DNA from: Callorhinchus milii
Taxonomy: Eukaryota
Reading direction: 5' to 3'
NCBI RefSeq assembly: GCF_018977255.1
Contig: NW_024704743.1
Location: 18,168,001 to 18,232,000 of the forward strand
DNA length: 64,000 bases
Shown here in pieces: positions 1-14,360 of this stretch. The notes below the pieces were generated by a model. That model saw nothing but the letters and a program-made list of their open reading frames with translations. It had not been told where the DNA came from and did not search any database. How positions within the stretch are numbered: position 1 is the first letter of the stretch; each line of letters opens with the position of its first letter. Made by a program: the position numbers and the translations under genes.

Positions 1-983
1 TGAGGCTTTGATTCTTCAATATATTAGAATTCTCACCAGGAGGGATTTGTTGCCTAGAGCTGGAAATCTGGACAGAATTAGTAATTTACTGTCCATATTA
101 AACAACCCAGGGATTTCTGGCTTTAGCTTCCAATGTTTTATCATCTGGTCTGTCATCTTTCCAGCTCAATCTTGTTACCTTCTTCACAGGCAAAGTACAT
201 GAATGCTGCAATGACTTAATACAAGCTGCAGCTTGATATTATTGCATATCGTCACACAAAAAAGGACAAGTACACAACCAACTGGCTGTACAAGACTATC
301 AAAACAACTATTTCCCTACAAAGGCCACGACTGGTTCAATATTAAATTATTAAATGATGGAAACATCTGTTCAGAAGAAACAGATTGCACTGCATGAAAT
401 CAGCATACTCCCAGCACTACAGTTTCTATCTTCCAGCTCGCAGTTGTTAAGATAGCCTCATTTTCTTTCAATTGAATGAAACCTGATAAGAACATAGCAA
501 AGACTTTGAGAACAAAGTACTCCAATTTCATCAGTTTGACTCGGTCTTTATTCGTTTGCAGAAAATGAGTTCCCAAGTGCATTCCATCCAAGAATCTCCT
601 TCACGTTCATCAGAGTCTCCTCTGCCTTGTATAATTTACAGGACCTGACATCACATGCACTATCTCAATTACCTTCACATACTCAGCCTGCATTTTCTTT
701 TGAAGGCTTATCCAAAATACATCTTTAAAGATGTCTGTTTCTCGCGATACAGTATTAATCTAAAATCACAGACGTACTCCTCAAAGTGCACCTTTTTCAA
801 AACTGCAAATGTTGGCAAAACTGCAGTAATCCTGTCAGATTAGATACTGACATGGAAGAGAAATCAATCAACACAAATTAAAGGATATATACAGCACCCA
901 TCTCAAATTTCTAAACGTTCTACCAGGTTTCATTTCTCTTCATCTTTTACCAAATCTTTTATCAAATATCAAAAAAATGCAAG

Positions 984-984
984 G

Positions 985-1024
<40 letters not shown>
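984..1024 (+). repeat. (ATT)n microsatellite from a SINE tail
   Basis: Follows AAATGCAAGG, the SINE 3' end. Confidence 0.9.
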
Positions 1025-1027
<3 letters not shown>

Positions 1028-2514
1028 GATTTGATTTTTTTTTGAAAATGAGAATAAAGCATCTGTCCTGTTTCTGTACCGGAAAGTGAACCGTGATGGC
1101 CTCTGCAGTCTCTGAAATGGCAACGGGAATTGAAATGACTGCCCTTGCTGAACCCCAAGTTTAAAAGTGGGAAACAGCAGCCACATTCACCAGAATGTTC
1201 TCAGCCAGCGATTCCCATTTGCGATAATAAAAAAGATACACCTTCACAGTGTCCCAAATACCTGACCGTCTTGCTTAAAACCATTGTCTTAAAACGTATT
1301 ATGGATAATTTGGAAAAATTCCTAAATTCACTCTTATGTTGGAAGGCAGTTTTCTGCACTTTATTTTAAGAACTACAGAAAACTGGCTTCCAGATTCAGT
1401 CTAAATGTTCCAAAATTCCGCACAACTTTAAATTGTACGTCAACAACCTAAAGGCTAAGACCATAAAGATTTCACATCTTTCATGTTACATTTTCTGCTT
1501 TTTTAAAAAAAATCTGTTTTAATGTTTATTACTCCCTCAAATCCCAACCCTCATTTATTACCCCAGCATTTACGTTTCCTTCCAATTCTCTCCATTACTT
1601 ACAAATAAAATTGGATCGACTTCAGAGCCAGCAGAAAAAGAAAAATACAGCGATCAGCTTGGGAGTAAATCAAATGTGCAGATACTGTCTGTTTTGTTTT
1701 GAATGGTTTGCTTTGTTTCTTGGTCAGCTGGGAGTCGTGACATGTGCAGAAACCCCTTGCCATGGTTAAGGGCCTTTCAGTTCCAGCTGCTAAGAACTCA
1801 CAGAAGCAGAGTTCCTGTCTGCTACTTCTGGTGAAATCCTTCTCTCTTTCATGGGGAGGGAAAACATGCCTCAGCTTCCCAATGCCCAGGAAACATAGGT
1901 GCAGGGTGCTGGAAGCTAAGAAATTATGTCTACATTGGGTACTGCTGGAATGGAACTGCTGCAGCTAAAAGCATGCAGTTTACTGCTGACAATCCAACTT
2001 ATTTAGGGCAGAGGCACAAAGGGTTGTCGTGTCAGGAGCTGGATTGGAAGAAACTCATTTCTATTACTGGTTTACTCCTCCATTCCCAGTGATGATCCAA
2101 GTTTGCTCCAGAGTAGTGCAGATGTGTCTGGCTCAGCTATTCAATAATAATACTTGCATTTGATATAACATTGAAAAGTCTCAGAATACTTCATAGGATT
2201 TTACTGTGAAGTATAATGACTGTATATTGCATGACATGAGCTAACTCTGACCCCAAATCACCAGACACGCTACAATGGAGCCAGTTTAACTCCAGGGATG
2301 TATGGCTCCCCCCTTCCCCCCACCACACCCTTCCAGGGATTAGCAAATTGGGAATTAAATCAGAGTTAAAACTAAATGTCAGCCCTCCGAGATCTATCCT
2401 GTGTGAAAGTCGCTATATAAATACAAGTGGCTGTTATAAATGTTGCAATAACCTGGTTTACATCCATGATGCAAACGTTTATATTCCTCATGATACACAA
2501 GCTGTTACATACAC

Positions 2515-4366
2515 AAGAACATAACAATTTGCTGGGTGAAAGAAGATCAAGGTCCATCTAGTTTGCCTTCTACCCTGCTGGCAGTCGCTTGACATTTTGT
2601 GTCCCAATATGCTGTATCCCAAGATATTATTTTCTAGCAGAATTTACCTAATTTGTTCTTGAAACAAACATTTTCTGCTTGCACTGTCTCCTTAGAGAGC
2701 CTGTTCTATAATAATAATAATCCTTGCATTTGATATAGCGCTTTTCACGTCGGGAGGACGTCCCAAAGCGCTTCACAGACCACACTGTAAAGTTAATTGA
2801 CTGTATATTTGTGGGCGAACGCGGCAGCCAATTGCGCACAGCAATGTCCCACAAACAGTCGTAGATTGAAAATGACCAATTTTATTATTGTTTTTTTTTT
2901 GAAGGGATTATTATTAGGCTCTGTATGGAGTAAGGAAACTTGCCCAAGGGTTCGCCCTCTGCCTGGAATTGAACTCAGGTCTCTCGCTTGCAAAGCGAGT
3001 GCTCTAACCACTGAGCTACAGTTCTATAAGTTTACTACTCGCTCACTGAAGTACTGTTTCCGCAGCTCCGTTCTGAATTTAACCCCTTTCAATTGCAGGC
3101 CGTGTCCTCTGATTTTACTGTTCATTACAAGATAAAGCAGCTTATCATCGTCCAGATTATCTATTCCTTTCAGAATCTTAAAGACCGTAGTCATATACCC
3201 CCTCAACCTTCTCTTCTCCATTCTGAACATGTCCAGCTTATTTAATTGCGCTTTGTAGTCGTCCCCCATTCCCTCAATCATCTTGGTTGCCTTCCTCTGT
3301 ATCCTCTCAATCACTGCAATATCCTTTTTATATTGCGTTGATCAGAATTGCACACAGTATTCCAAGTGCGGTTGCACCAGTGATTTATAAAGGGCAGGAA
3401 TACCCCACTATTTTGGCTCAATAATGCCCTTTTAATATAACCTGGCATCTGGTTTGCTTTACTCACTGCTACTGAGCACTGTTGGAATAGCTTCAATTTA
3501 TTGTCGATCAGGGTCCTTTTCATTTTCCGTACAGATTATTTTCTTACCATTTAAATAATAGGCCCTGGATTTTTTTGTCCCCATGTGAAGCACTTTGCAT
3601 TTATCTACATTAAATCTCATCTGCCATCGATCTGCCCAATTCCCAAGAATGTTGCAAGTTCTTCTGTAACCCATAATGCTCATCTTTGCAGTCTACCACC
3701 TTCATTAGCTTTGGGTCATGTTAAATAAACGAGGTACCAAAACAGACCTCTGCGGAACTCCACTGGTAACTTTCTTCCAGCCTGATGACATTCCCTGTAC
3801 CATACCTTCAGGGTTCAATCGGTTAGCCAATTACATATCCATTGTAATATACTTCCTCTGATTCCTGCTTTCTTTATTTTCAATACCAGCCTTTCATGAG
3901 GAACTGTACCAAAGGTCTTACTAAAATCCAGATATACAATATCCACTGGCTTACCCTTATCAAACTCCTTTGTCACAAAGTCAAAGAAAACCAGTAAATT
4001 AGTTTGGCAGCATTTCCACTTCATGAACCCATATTTTATCATTTCATTACTGTCCAGATGCTCCATGATTTTATTTTTAATAAGAATCTCCAAAACTTTG
4101 ACCACAATAGATGTCAAACTCATTGTTCTGTAGTTTCTTGGGTCAATTTTGCTACTTTTTTTAAAAAACATAGGAGTAGCATGTGCCTTTTTCCAGTCCC
4201 CAGGTATTTTTCTAGTATCCAGTGATTTCTGAAAGATTTGTGCCAGAGTTCCTGCAATTTCCTCCCTTAAGGATCCAATTTGCAATTTATGCGGCCCTTG
4301 GCATTTGTTTACCTTAAGTATGCACAATTGTTCTGCAACCTTACTGGTAGTGATATGTAGTGTCAT
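2515..4366 (-). mobile_element. CR1 LINE, 5'-truncated and degenerate
   Basis: ORF2 RT fragments (YRTMSLTS, VDIVYLDFSK, WQMRFNVDKCKVLH, YFSERVVNL) with frameshifts; interrupted by a SINE. Confidence 0.9.
2712..3020 (-). mobile_element. tRNA-derived SINE (short form) nested in CR1
   Basis: A/B boxes and (ATT)n tail; TSD GTTCTATAA at 2703-2711 and 3021-3029. Confidence 0.9.
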
Positions 4367-6146
4367 ATGTAGTTAAAACAATAATATTCAGGCTACAAAA
4401 GCCAGCATTCGGGTAAAAGCAGAACGTTCACTTTTTACGACTTCTTTGGACTAGATATAGGTCAGTCAGAGGCCATAAAAGCAAAAATACTTGGCCTCCA
4501 GCAGTGACCCTACTCAACTACAAGTTGGCAGCATTTGGAACTTCCTGGATCTGGCAATGATACACCAAGTAGTTTATGGAATCCTCCAATAAAGTTATTA
4601 AAAATGAAGAGAAATGAAAACTGAAGGCACCTTTCAACATCATTCCTGCAAATGTGACCTATCTAACTCTGGATTTGACACACATAGGTTAAAAATTGTA
4701 ATCTACTCTGCAGCATTAATCAGCCTATTAAAACCTTCACCTGCACAACAATTTAAGATTGATGGTTTGCGAATATTCTGGGGAAATCAGGATTTTACCA
4801 TTGAATTTCGAGCGAAAATCTAATGAAGTTTCACAGCCAAACCATTCGGCCCCCACAGGTCCTAATCGTGAATGATATGTGCAATAACAGAAAATTGCCT
4901 AAGGGATGGAGTGTAGAGTCTGGTGAATGCTTCTGTAAAATGGTTTAAAATTTTCCGGCAGAAGGTCAACTTATCATCGAGCTCATATTGCAAGTGTGGT
5001 GTCATCTAGTATTGACACTAACTATTTTCACAAACCTTTTTTGTGTGCAATACTGCTATATTTTCAATCAAGTGCATTGCGGTACCTCTAAAATCTCCTG
5101 TCAAGAGCAGCAAACTTGGTTTCAATGGGATGCTGCTTTATACTCTCTAAACTTTAAATCAGGGCTCAAGAATAAGTCAGAGATTGTGCAACAAACTGTT
5201 AATCCCTGAGCAATTTGTGACGCCAACATGCGCAACTCTGTGAACAGGTTGGCTGTGGAGGTAAGTCTTGAATGACTCATTCCAATATAAAAGACTGGGG
5301 GAGTTTTTCACTCCTGTGTAGATGGAGATTAAAATGCCTGAACTACTGCTTGCATAACTTATGCAATTTATAGAGAGGTCATAATATTAAATCACTAATG
5401 CACACAAGGCATGGGCTGGATGACATTTAAAATTGATGTTTTAATGTATGTAGACTTGTATGATGAGAACCCTGTGATATGAAATGTCAATTTCCCTTTT
5501 TAATAAAAAAAGAAAAAAATTACTGTCAGTTCTTTCTGCACTGCTCATGCTAAAATATACATGTTTTTCATGGAAAAGTTCAGAACAAGAATCCATTAAA
5601 ACCACCTTTGGCAGCAAAGCATAGAGACCATCTTATTCCTTATATGAAATATTAACCTTATCACACAAACTCAGTGCAGAAAAATGCAGGAGCTGAACTA
5701 AAGTGCCAAATTTCCTTCATTTTAAATATTGAACCAGTTACTAAATTAAATGGATTTGCGATCATATTACCGCAGGAAATTTTAATTGTACTAGATTTTA
5801 AAAAAACACCAAAAAGTGTATCTTATCTTTTTCTAGAAGTCTGCAAGAAGTTTAGACTCCTCAGCACAGCTTTTGCGCACCTTCCCTGGAGCACTGACGT
5901 AACTCGAAACGTCCTCAATTTTTACCCCGATGTAACTTCACAAGCAGGCAGCGTAAAAACTTACAGAAAACATTTTTAAAAAATGTGTTTTTCACAAGGC
6001 AACACATTTTCCTTCATTTTAAAAAAAACTACACAGATTTATGCAGAAAAAAAGACTTATATGGCTTTTTTGAGAACATTTCAATCTACTGAGCACTGTA
6101 ATTACGAATATACAGAACTAGACACCAATCCAAATCTGTTTCTTAC

Positions 6147-6261
6147 CCATTTCAGGTGGCAGCACGGTTAGCCGGTTCCCTTGGATATGGAGCTCCTTCA
6201 ACTGAGTCAGCTCCCCAATCTCCTTTGGCAATGATATCAGGTCATTATCCCTTAGGCTGAT
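6147..6261 (-). CDS. RSU1: RSU1 coding exon 6 (115 bp); gene continues beyond left edge
   Basis: Encodes [38 protein letters not shown](G); CAG acceptor, GTAAGA donor. No further RSU1 exon found in 1-6146. Confidence 0.97.
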
Positions 6262-6512
6262 CTGCAGAGAAGAGCAAAGTTATTAGACCAATTCGGATTT
6301 CAAATGAAAAATCTCACAAAAGGTTCTTAGTTTGTTTCCTCTCACAATCTCAATTTAATACAAGATTTCAACTGATGAACAAAGGCCAGCACCAGATGTT
6401 GGTGTATATTCCAGCAAAATAAGCCCCAGAGCTGTTCAAATTGACTTCATTCTGAACGTACAGGAGCTGCAAAAGTGAATTGATTTTTCACGAATTTAGA
6501 TAAATTACTTAC

Positions 6513-6595
6513 GATCTGCAACTTTGTGAGCTTCCCAATTTCTGGCGGCAGGGTTTCAAAATCGTTGTCACTTAGATAGAGTGCACGCAAGGTGG
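6513..6595 (-). CDS. RSU1: RSU1 coding exon 5 (83 bp)
   Basis: Encodes (T)TLRALYLSDNDFETLPPEIGKLTKLQI; CAG acceptor, GTAAGT donor; ends in phase 0. Confidence 0.97.
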
Positions 6596-9500
6596 CTGCA
6601 AATTAAAGAGCAATATATAAACAATGTGGCATATAACCAGGCCACGGAGGTCTGATCAATAAAAGTAGTCAAGCTTGATTAATAGCCTTGGGTTTGCAAA
6701 AGCCTCTGACAGACCCAGGGCACCCAACAACAAGCAGGAGGTCAAACTTAGATTTACTGGTTTATTGTGTTGATGCTGTGTTGAGGAAAGTGGCCATATC
6801 CTGAAACATTGACACAATTAACAAATGTTTGCAGCCCCTCCGAAGACAGATGAAGACATGACTTCTTGCTAAAATACCTGGAAATCTTCATATCCTTCAC
6901 AAATCATTTTTAAGTTAATCCATCTGCAGGGGTATGGAAACATTGTCTCAACTTTATTTTTGAATGTATACAACAATTTACAAAGAAAATTAAGATTTAT
7001 ATATACAGTATTAACATAATGCATGTTACTTAAAATAGGAGTTCATTCTCTAATTTGCCTACAAAATAAAAGGCCACTAAACTTTTAAGCAATTCCGGTG
7101 AAGTGCTTTGAGATATCCTTCCAACATGAAAAGAAGCGATATTAAATGCAAGGATTATTATTATTTTAAGCTAAATTCAGTTGGATTGTAATTGTTATCC
7201 ACAGCAGTTAAAGGCTTATGCAGACATTATTTTATTTCCTGATCCAATTATCTTGTTTCTAATATTAATGTTTTGCTTTAATTATAATTGCTACACATAA
7301 TGCACTTCTCCTGAAATATCCAAGTTTAATATGGAACAGCTGACATGTATAACTGAAGCGCTGGAAAATTCATATTGTTCCTAAACACAAATATACGCGA
7401 GACTCCTATTTGAAGGTTATCCATGCATTTTCGCAGGTGAAAAGGCCAAATTCACAGGAGATCATTTTGACAGAGACACAAGAGATTTTCAGTTAGCAAA
7501 GAGACAAGTGTAGTAGGAGGGAGAACCAGACTCGCTGGACTAATTTTTTTTGTCCAAAAGAGTTATGCAGTGGGCTGTATATTTTACATTTTATTTCCCA
7601 TTTAAACACGTTCAGCACTGATGGGCATGAAGTGTAAATTGGTGTAAAGAGGTGGGGGTGTCAATTCCACATATTCAATGTATGGCTTCAGGCTTTCTGA
7701 TTATAAGTCAGAGGGTTTGGATTTTGTTTTAGATTAAATATTTTTTTTTGGTCTAAATACAGTTTACTGGCAAAGGCAACACAATGGTCCAAGCTCAATC
7801 GGCTAATTCCATTAACCCAATGAAAAGTAATGGGCAATAAAAAAAATAACAGGGGACTGACCCAAAGTGCAACAGTAAAGAAAGACAGGCAAAACAAAGA
7901 CTGGCTAATATAAAAATAACTCGTAAGAGCTCACATTCCTCTAACAGTCACAAGTGAATGTTCTGCTTGGTCTGTCAGATTGGAACTGATGGTCTAAGCA
8001 GCAGATCCACACAACAAAGGTGTCACTCACTGCCAATAAGGAAAACTTCAGCACTGTAACAAGCCATCTCCAGAATATCTATAGGTACAGAACATGATTG
8101 CGACCAAATCATCCAGCATCCCTTCATCTCATACTTCAAATTACTTTCCTGAACTTTATACCCATCTCATTCTTCCCCCATCTCCCCACCCAGTTTTCAG
8201 TTTCCTCAGCTCTTCATCTCACAAGAGCATAGAACTCTCTCTTCAGTCTTTCCTTCCTCGTTTAGACTTTTTGCTTCGCTAGTTTTACCCCCTTGACCTC
8301 AACTTAATTGTAATAGACCTCAGTCATCATCGATCACCTCCTCCCTCCCCCCATCGGTTCGGTGTCAGGCTCCCCCACTGTGAAGTGCTCCGAGACACTG
8401 CCTCGCGAGAAGGGCGCTCTATAAATGCACGTTGTTGCTGGAATAAAGTTCCAGAATCTTCAATATCTAACCTAAATGGCAGTTCTTTATGTCTAGACTG
8501 TGAGGATCACCGGGCTACTTCGTTGAAGAGCAATATATATGTGAGCAAGAGCGAATATGTCCCGTGAACCTATATTCTGACCAGGTATCACATGTGCAGT
8601 GCCACCAGGTAGAATTCTGTAATAGGAACTCTAACAGCCACATTGGTCTGAGGTAGGATCTCTAATTAGTCACCAGAGCAGGAACCCTGACTGATCAGAC
8701 CATTAGTACAAAGGTTCTAAGGTTAATTTTAGCTGCCCAATTAATATTATAATAACAATACTTGCATTTAATATAGCATCTGTTCAGTAATTGAACTTGA
8801 AATATTCTACCTCACTCAGTACTGCTTAAAGGAATGACAGGTACGGCAAGTTATTCGGGGTAAAATTCCAGGAGATCACAAGAGAGAGGGACCCTATTTG
8901 CCTGTTCAGGTGGACATTAAAGATCTTGCAACACTATTCAAAAAGAGAAGGGAGTTTCTCCTAATGGTCTGGTCAATAATTTTCCAGATCATTTGGTCAG
9001 TCATTTCATGGCTGTTAGTGGGACCTTGCTGAATGAAAATTGTTATATTTGTCTACAGAGATACAGTCAATACACTTGGGAGCAATTACCTGTGAAGCTC
9101 TTTGGAGACATTTTGACATTATTATTAAGGATTGTAAGATTGCAAATCAGGGCATTCAAAACAACAACACCAACTTGCATTTATATAGCACCCTTCGTGC
9201 CGGACAGTGTCTCGGAGTGCTTTAAGGCGAACTGCAAAATAGTAAGCTCAAGAATGAATCACATTTTTATTGTTGTAACCTAGTCGTTAGTTCATGTTTA
9301 AAAATATATTATTACACACAATTGATGTGCTGTAATTTGCAAGATTGCTGAAGCTTGATGCAAGATCTGGGTATTACAGACAATTATAATGTGAATCCTG
9401 AAAGATAAATATACAAGGCACAATTTATACTAGTAAGAATGTATAGTCCATAAAGTGTAACCTAGTGATCAATGTGATGCTTTCACATTCCCATTCTATT

Positions 9501-9768
9501 CTGCATATGGTTTGCATTTTAGTAAGATCTGGCTCTAGCTATGGATTTTCAATTTTATAATACAAATAATATGCGCGACACACTTACCATGAGATGCAAA
9601 CATTTTAGTCCAGATAGAATCAAGAAGCCCAAGTTATTTAGTTGAAACCAAACTACAGTGTGCACCATTGTATTAGTTAAGTAGCAACAATAACGAATAA
9701 GGTGACAAATTCTGTTTTGGGGGGGTGGGGGGGGGTGGGAAAGAGAAGAGAAATAAAATGTTTCTTAC

Positions 9769-9887
9769 TCAGGTAAAAGAAGTTGCCAGGTAGGGAATTC
9801 TCATTCATATTGTTGTACGTCAAATCAAGCACCTCAAGTGCCGGCAAAGACCCAAATCCCCTTGGCAGAGAGTTCAACCGGTTCATG
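9769..9887 (-). CDS. RSU1: RSU1 coding exon 4 (119 bp)
   Basis: Encodes MNRLNSLPRGFGSLPALEVLDLTYNNMNENSLPGNFFYL; CAG acceptor, GTAAGA donor. Confidence 0.97.
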
Positions 9888-11510
9888 CTGTAGTGGGCAT
9901 ATGAAAGAAAGAAGGAAGAACATTTGCATTCCCATCACACATATATTAAAAATCAGTCTGAAAGAGAGCAGAGATTACATTGGAGTAGATTTTGCTCCAA
10001 CATCCAATTCTACAAGTAATCTACAAGTACATTTAGCAAATGCAATACACTACAAATCTAACCTTATACCTGATGATGAAAAACAAATCTCTTTGTTCGC
10101 AATACACCATATCAGATGGAAAAGGATCAAAAGATTTAGAGCCAAAGATAAGGCAGATGTGCAATGTAGGAACTGGACTGAATATAGTTTAGTGTCAGAA
10201 CATATCCTTTCACTTTCTAAGACCTGGTTTAGAATCCAGTCCAAGAAGATAGGATAAAAGATTTCTCAGATGACAGCAATTTAGAAATTTCAAGTGGCAC
10301 AATTTTAGGGCATTTGATCTAACACCCTTTTAGGCAGGAATGTGCAGCTTGACAGTGCACAGTACAGAAAATGTAGCAATGCATTCCAGGTCAATTAGAT
10401 CTGAAAGAGAAGTGGATTTTTATGACTTGGGTGTACTTTTTCATCAAGTCACACCTCGACTCAAAACATTCTTTCTCTCTTTGTCTTTCAAATACTGATC
10501 GACCTGCTGGGTGTGCATTTCTGGCTTTTGTAGTTTTTTAAAAAAATATAATCGGGATAATTGAAATGTTACACTGATAATAAAAGGATAGTTCTCCTTA
10601 GCAGATTTTAAAAATAATTGCACTATTTTATTGTTGTGTGAATGAACCTTTACATCTATTGCGTATATCCATGTACTGAATTGGGGAATGCATTCCAGTG
10701 TTTCTTTTTGGAGTTTGCTTTCCATAAAGTTCCTACACAGAGCGCATTGATATTTGGGGATGGGAGAGAAGAAAAGTGGATGATGCTCGAAAACATGGTG
10801 AATTCTGGGGTTCACTGTAAACACTAACAACTTATTTTGAGTTTAATAAATTCTGAACCTGTGTTTTATCTGCCCTCTTAAAACATATTATTGTCAAGAA
10901 CAATCAAACTATGTTTGTTTAAATGTAAAGAACACGTTATCCACACGCCAATTAACTACATGTCTGTTTAACGGAACAGGCCTTCCAAATGGAGCTAGAT
11001 GTGGGGATATCGGCAAAATTATTGTTATAGGAGCCAGCCCAGACCTGACATTTCTTGATCTCACAAACATGATTACAACTTTGCAACTTTACTGTAAATA
11101 TTCCAAATGTGCTTTTTGCCAGTAAGGAAGGGCAAGTCTTTAGATGTTTTTAAAAAACAGTATAGAGTTCAGGGTAAGCGAGAAATACTATAGAAATAGA
11201 AAGAGATAGGAAGTTAAGAGTGTGGCAGAGAGAGAGAGAAGAGATTGAAAGGCAGTGAGAGAGAGAAGTGTTGGCATAATGCGGTATTTGTTCAGCGCCT
11301 TGGGACATCCTGTCGACATGAAAGACACTATACATCTGTAATTTTGTTGTTGTATTTTAGTAATATAAGTCCCAATGGAAAATTTTATAGTTAGCACTGT
11401 TGCCAGTTTATATTTTGTGTGATGTCTAATTATCTGCACTGCCTGCTTATTTACAAATGGTGACTGTCCCAATCAGTGCAAATACAGGTAACTGGCAAAA
11501 GGTTACCTAC

Positions 11511-11631
11511 CCAAGGTTCAGATGTTTCAGTTTTTGAAGGCTACTTATTTGTGTTGGAAGCTCCTCAATCTGATTGTTGAAGAAGTTCAGCACTTCTAGA
11601 TTCCTCAGTTCAGCTACGTTGGCAGGAACAG
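11511..11631 (-). CDS. RSU1: RSU1 coding exon 3 (121 bp)
   Basis: Encodes (A)VPANVAELRNLEVLNFFNNQIEELPTQISSLQKLKHLNL(G); CAG acceptor, GTAGGT donor. Confidence 0.97.
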
Positions 11632-14049
11632 CTGAAAAAACAAACAGAAAATGTAGTTAATATTCATAAGTGTTAGCACTTATAAGTGTCATAATTTGGA
11701 CTAAAAGCGCAATATATTATATGACTTCATACGTCATGCTGCGTTTTTCCAAGTTTTTTTTAAAAGAAGACTGAAGAAAACGATGGTCTTCCGTTTAAGC
11801 GAATTTTAAAAAAAAGACAGCTTTGAAAAAGAAGGCTTCTCGAGCTCAGCATCTTATGTGGCAAGAAGCTGATCCCTGGGATGTGCTGTAATTGACTTCT
11901 GTGTTCCCTACTAGAGGTGTGTGTTTAGATGTCCGGACCAGGCTAGACTTGTGATGCCCCCCGGTGGTCAATTCACGCTGACACCCATGCTCAAGGTTTG
12001 CATACGAATACCCAGGCAAGGTGCCAGACGGCAATTAGTAACCACGGAACAGCATTTGAGCAGAATTGGAATCAAATCCCTTTAGGAGGCAAAAGAGCGG
12101 AGAGAAAATCAGAATGGAGAAGCAAACTGTCGTGACCCATAATACCACATACATTTTTGTAATATCTTGTGAAGAAATAGAAAATGAGTTAAACACAGAA
12201 TACTTACATAAAACATTACAACCTCATAGACTTTTTGTAAGAAGGTGACTCTCCAAATTAACTGAAGGAAGCCATATTACACAATATACCAAGACTTCCA
12301 AAAGGTGTTTGACAAAGAACCACATGAAACCTTCATCAGTAGGTTCCGCTAACAGCACAGAATGCAAATTCTGTAGAGGGACAGTAATCCCCAGGTAGGT
12401 ATTCCCCCCACCCCACCAATATTTATGTGAAGACAGATCCATAGAAATTTACAGAACAGAAGGTAATTTGGCCCATCGGGTCTCTATTGGCTCTTTTAAG
12501 AATAATTCTTTCAGTTCCATTTATCTGCCCTTTCCCCACTGCCCTGTTACTATTGTCTTGTTCACTTTTGAAAGCTAATATGGATTCTGCCTGAACCACA
12601 GCTCCTAGCAGTGCAAATTCTCCTAATCTCCATATCCTAAAGACTACGCATGCACAAATTCTCCTAACCTCCTAATTTGCTCATTTTTTAATGAGTGTGA
12701 ATTGTTGCCCTCAAGTCACTGACTCACCAACCAGTGGAAATATGAAGAGTGAATACATTACAATACAAAATTACATTTGTAAAGCGCCTTTCATGTCAGG
12801 AGAACGTCTCAAGGTGCTGGACAGTCAGGGATTTGTACTCAAGCAGGGGGCGGGGGGGGTAATTGGGATCAGAGAGTGTAGGAGGATGGCCGAAGGCACG
12901 GTCGAAGAGGAGGGTCTTGAGGCCGGTGCTTGCTCCATTTGTACTTAGTGTGTCATGTATAAAAACCTACAATCATAGGTAATAGCAGACATGCTTACAC
13001 TTGGTTCACCTACAACATAGTCACTACACAACGTGTCCTGTGGATCGCTCTGAAACATTCTCCTGACGTGAAAGGAGCTATGTTAAATGTAAGATGATTT
13101 ATTGATATTTTTATAATAGTCATTTCTTCTCTCTCAAGACAAACCTTGCAATTTGTCACAAAACAGAAGTACTGTACCTGCCGTCCTCAGCACAGTACAG
13201 AGAGGAAATGCCAGGAGCACTACATTCAATAAAAACAATAGGTTACACAGGATTAGTTGTGGATCAATGCTGAGTCATTGGAAACGAGACCCAGGTTTTG
13301 AATTGCTCAGCAGAGATTTAGGTGCTTGTCAACAAATTGCCAATTAAAACAAAATGAAATGATTTACTGTTAAAATCAGAATACCCACAATACAAAATAG
13401 GATCAGCGATCTTGAATCTTGCAATCCAAACTCTCTACCAGATAACAGAATATAAATGTGAAATAAAATAATCCTTCAATTTGATATATATGGATGTCTC
13501 AAAGTGCTTCACAGGATTTACTGTAAAGTGTAGTGACTGTGTATTTAATATGCAAACAATATTCTTCAATTCTTGAAATGTTAATATTTTCTTAATTAAC
13601 ATTCACTATGTGGTGAAAAGAATTAATGGTGCGTTCATACTGAATGAATGACTGGCAGGGAGTTGCTGAGATCTCAGTGAAAAGTTGTTGGTGAACATGG
13701 AGGGTAAGTAGGGTTCCAGGCAGCACAAATCCCCATAGCTGGATTAAGCGATCTGGGGGTCCTTATCGTTACAACCTTCCCACCTCTTTCTCCCTGACTC
13801 ATACCTCCTGCTCCCCCTCTCTTCCTGAAACTCTCTGCGTTGCCTCATACCCACCCCCACCTCGCTTCTTCTAATCTTTCTCCACGCTGCTTCTCATGAG
13901 ATTGTACAAAGCACGAGGCAGAGCAGAGATTGACGGAAGAGAGGTGGTGCGGGGAGGTAAATGCATGATTGAACATGGTGACTGGGGAAGGGGTTATCCA
14001 ATCAAGACAAAGTTAAACTTTGCCCTCTTTTTCCCTTCCAAACCTGCTT

Positions 14050-14360
14050 AATAATAATAATCCTTGCATTTGATATAGTCTTCTAGACGTCTCAAAGCGC
14101 TTCAGAGAATATACTGTAAAGTGAATTGACTGTATATTTGTGGGTGAAATGTGGCAGCCAATTGCGCACAGCAGTGTCCCACACACAGTCGTGGATTGAA
14201 GTGACCAATTTTATTGTTTTTTTGTTTTGTTTTTCTTGAGGGGTTATTATCAGGCGTGTGGAGTAAGGAAATTTATCCAAGGTTTCGCCCTGCCGGGAAT
14301 CGAACCCAGGTCTCTCGCTTGCAAGATGAGTGCTCTAACCACTGAGCTACAGGACTCCAC
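14050..14360 (-). mobile_element. tRNA-derived SINE (short form)
   Basis: Head GTGGAGTCCTGTAGCTCAGTGGTTAGAGC...GGTTCGATTCCC, family body and ATT tail. Confidence 0.9.

Noticed and set aside
8..202. ORF containing GNLD, like the start of the next RSU1 exon
   Set aside because: It is on the wrong strand and has no further similarity.
14287..14360. tRNA-Ala(TGC)-like cloverleafs here and at 2950, 21770, 36425, 40082, 41591, 42680
   Set aside because: Each runs into a SINE body and tail, acceptor stems are imperfect and anticodons vary between copies, so these are SINE heads and not tRNA genes.
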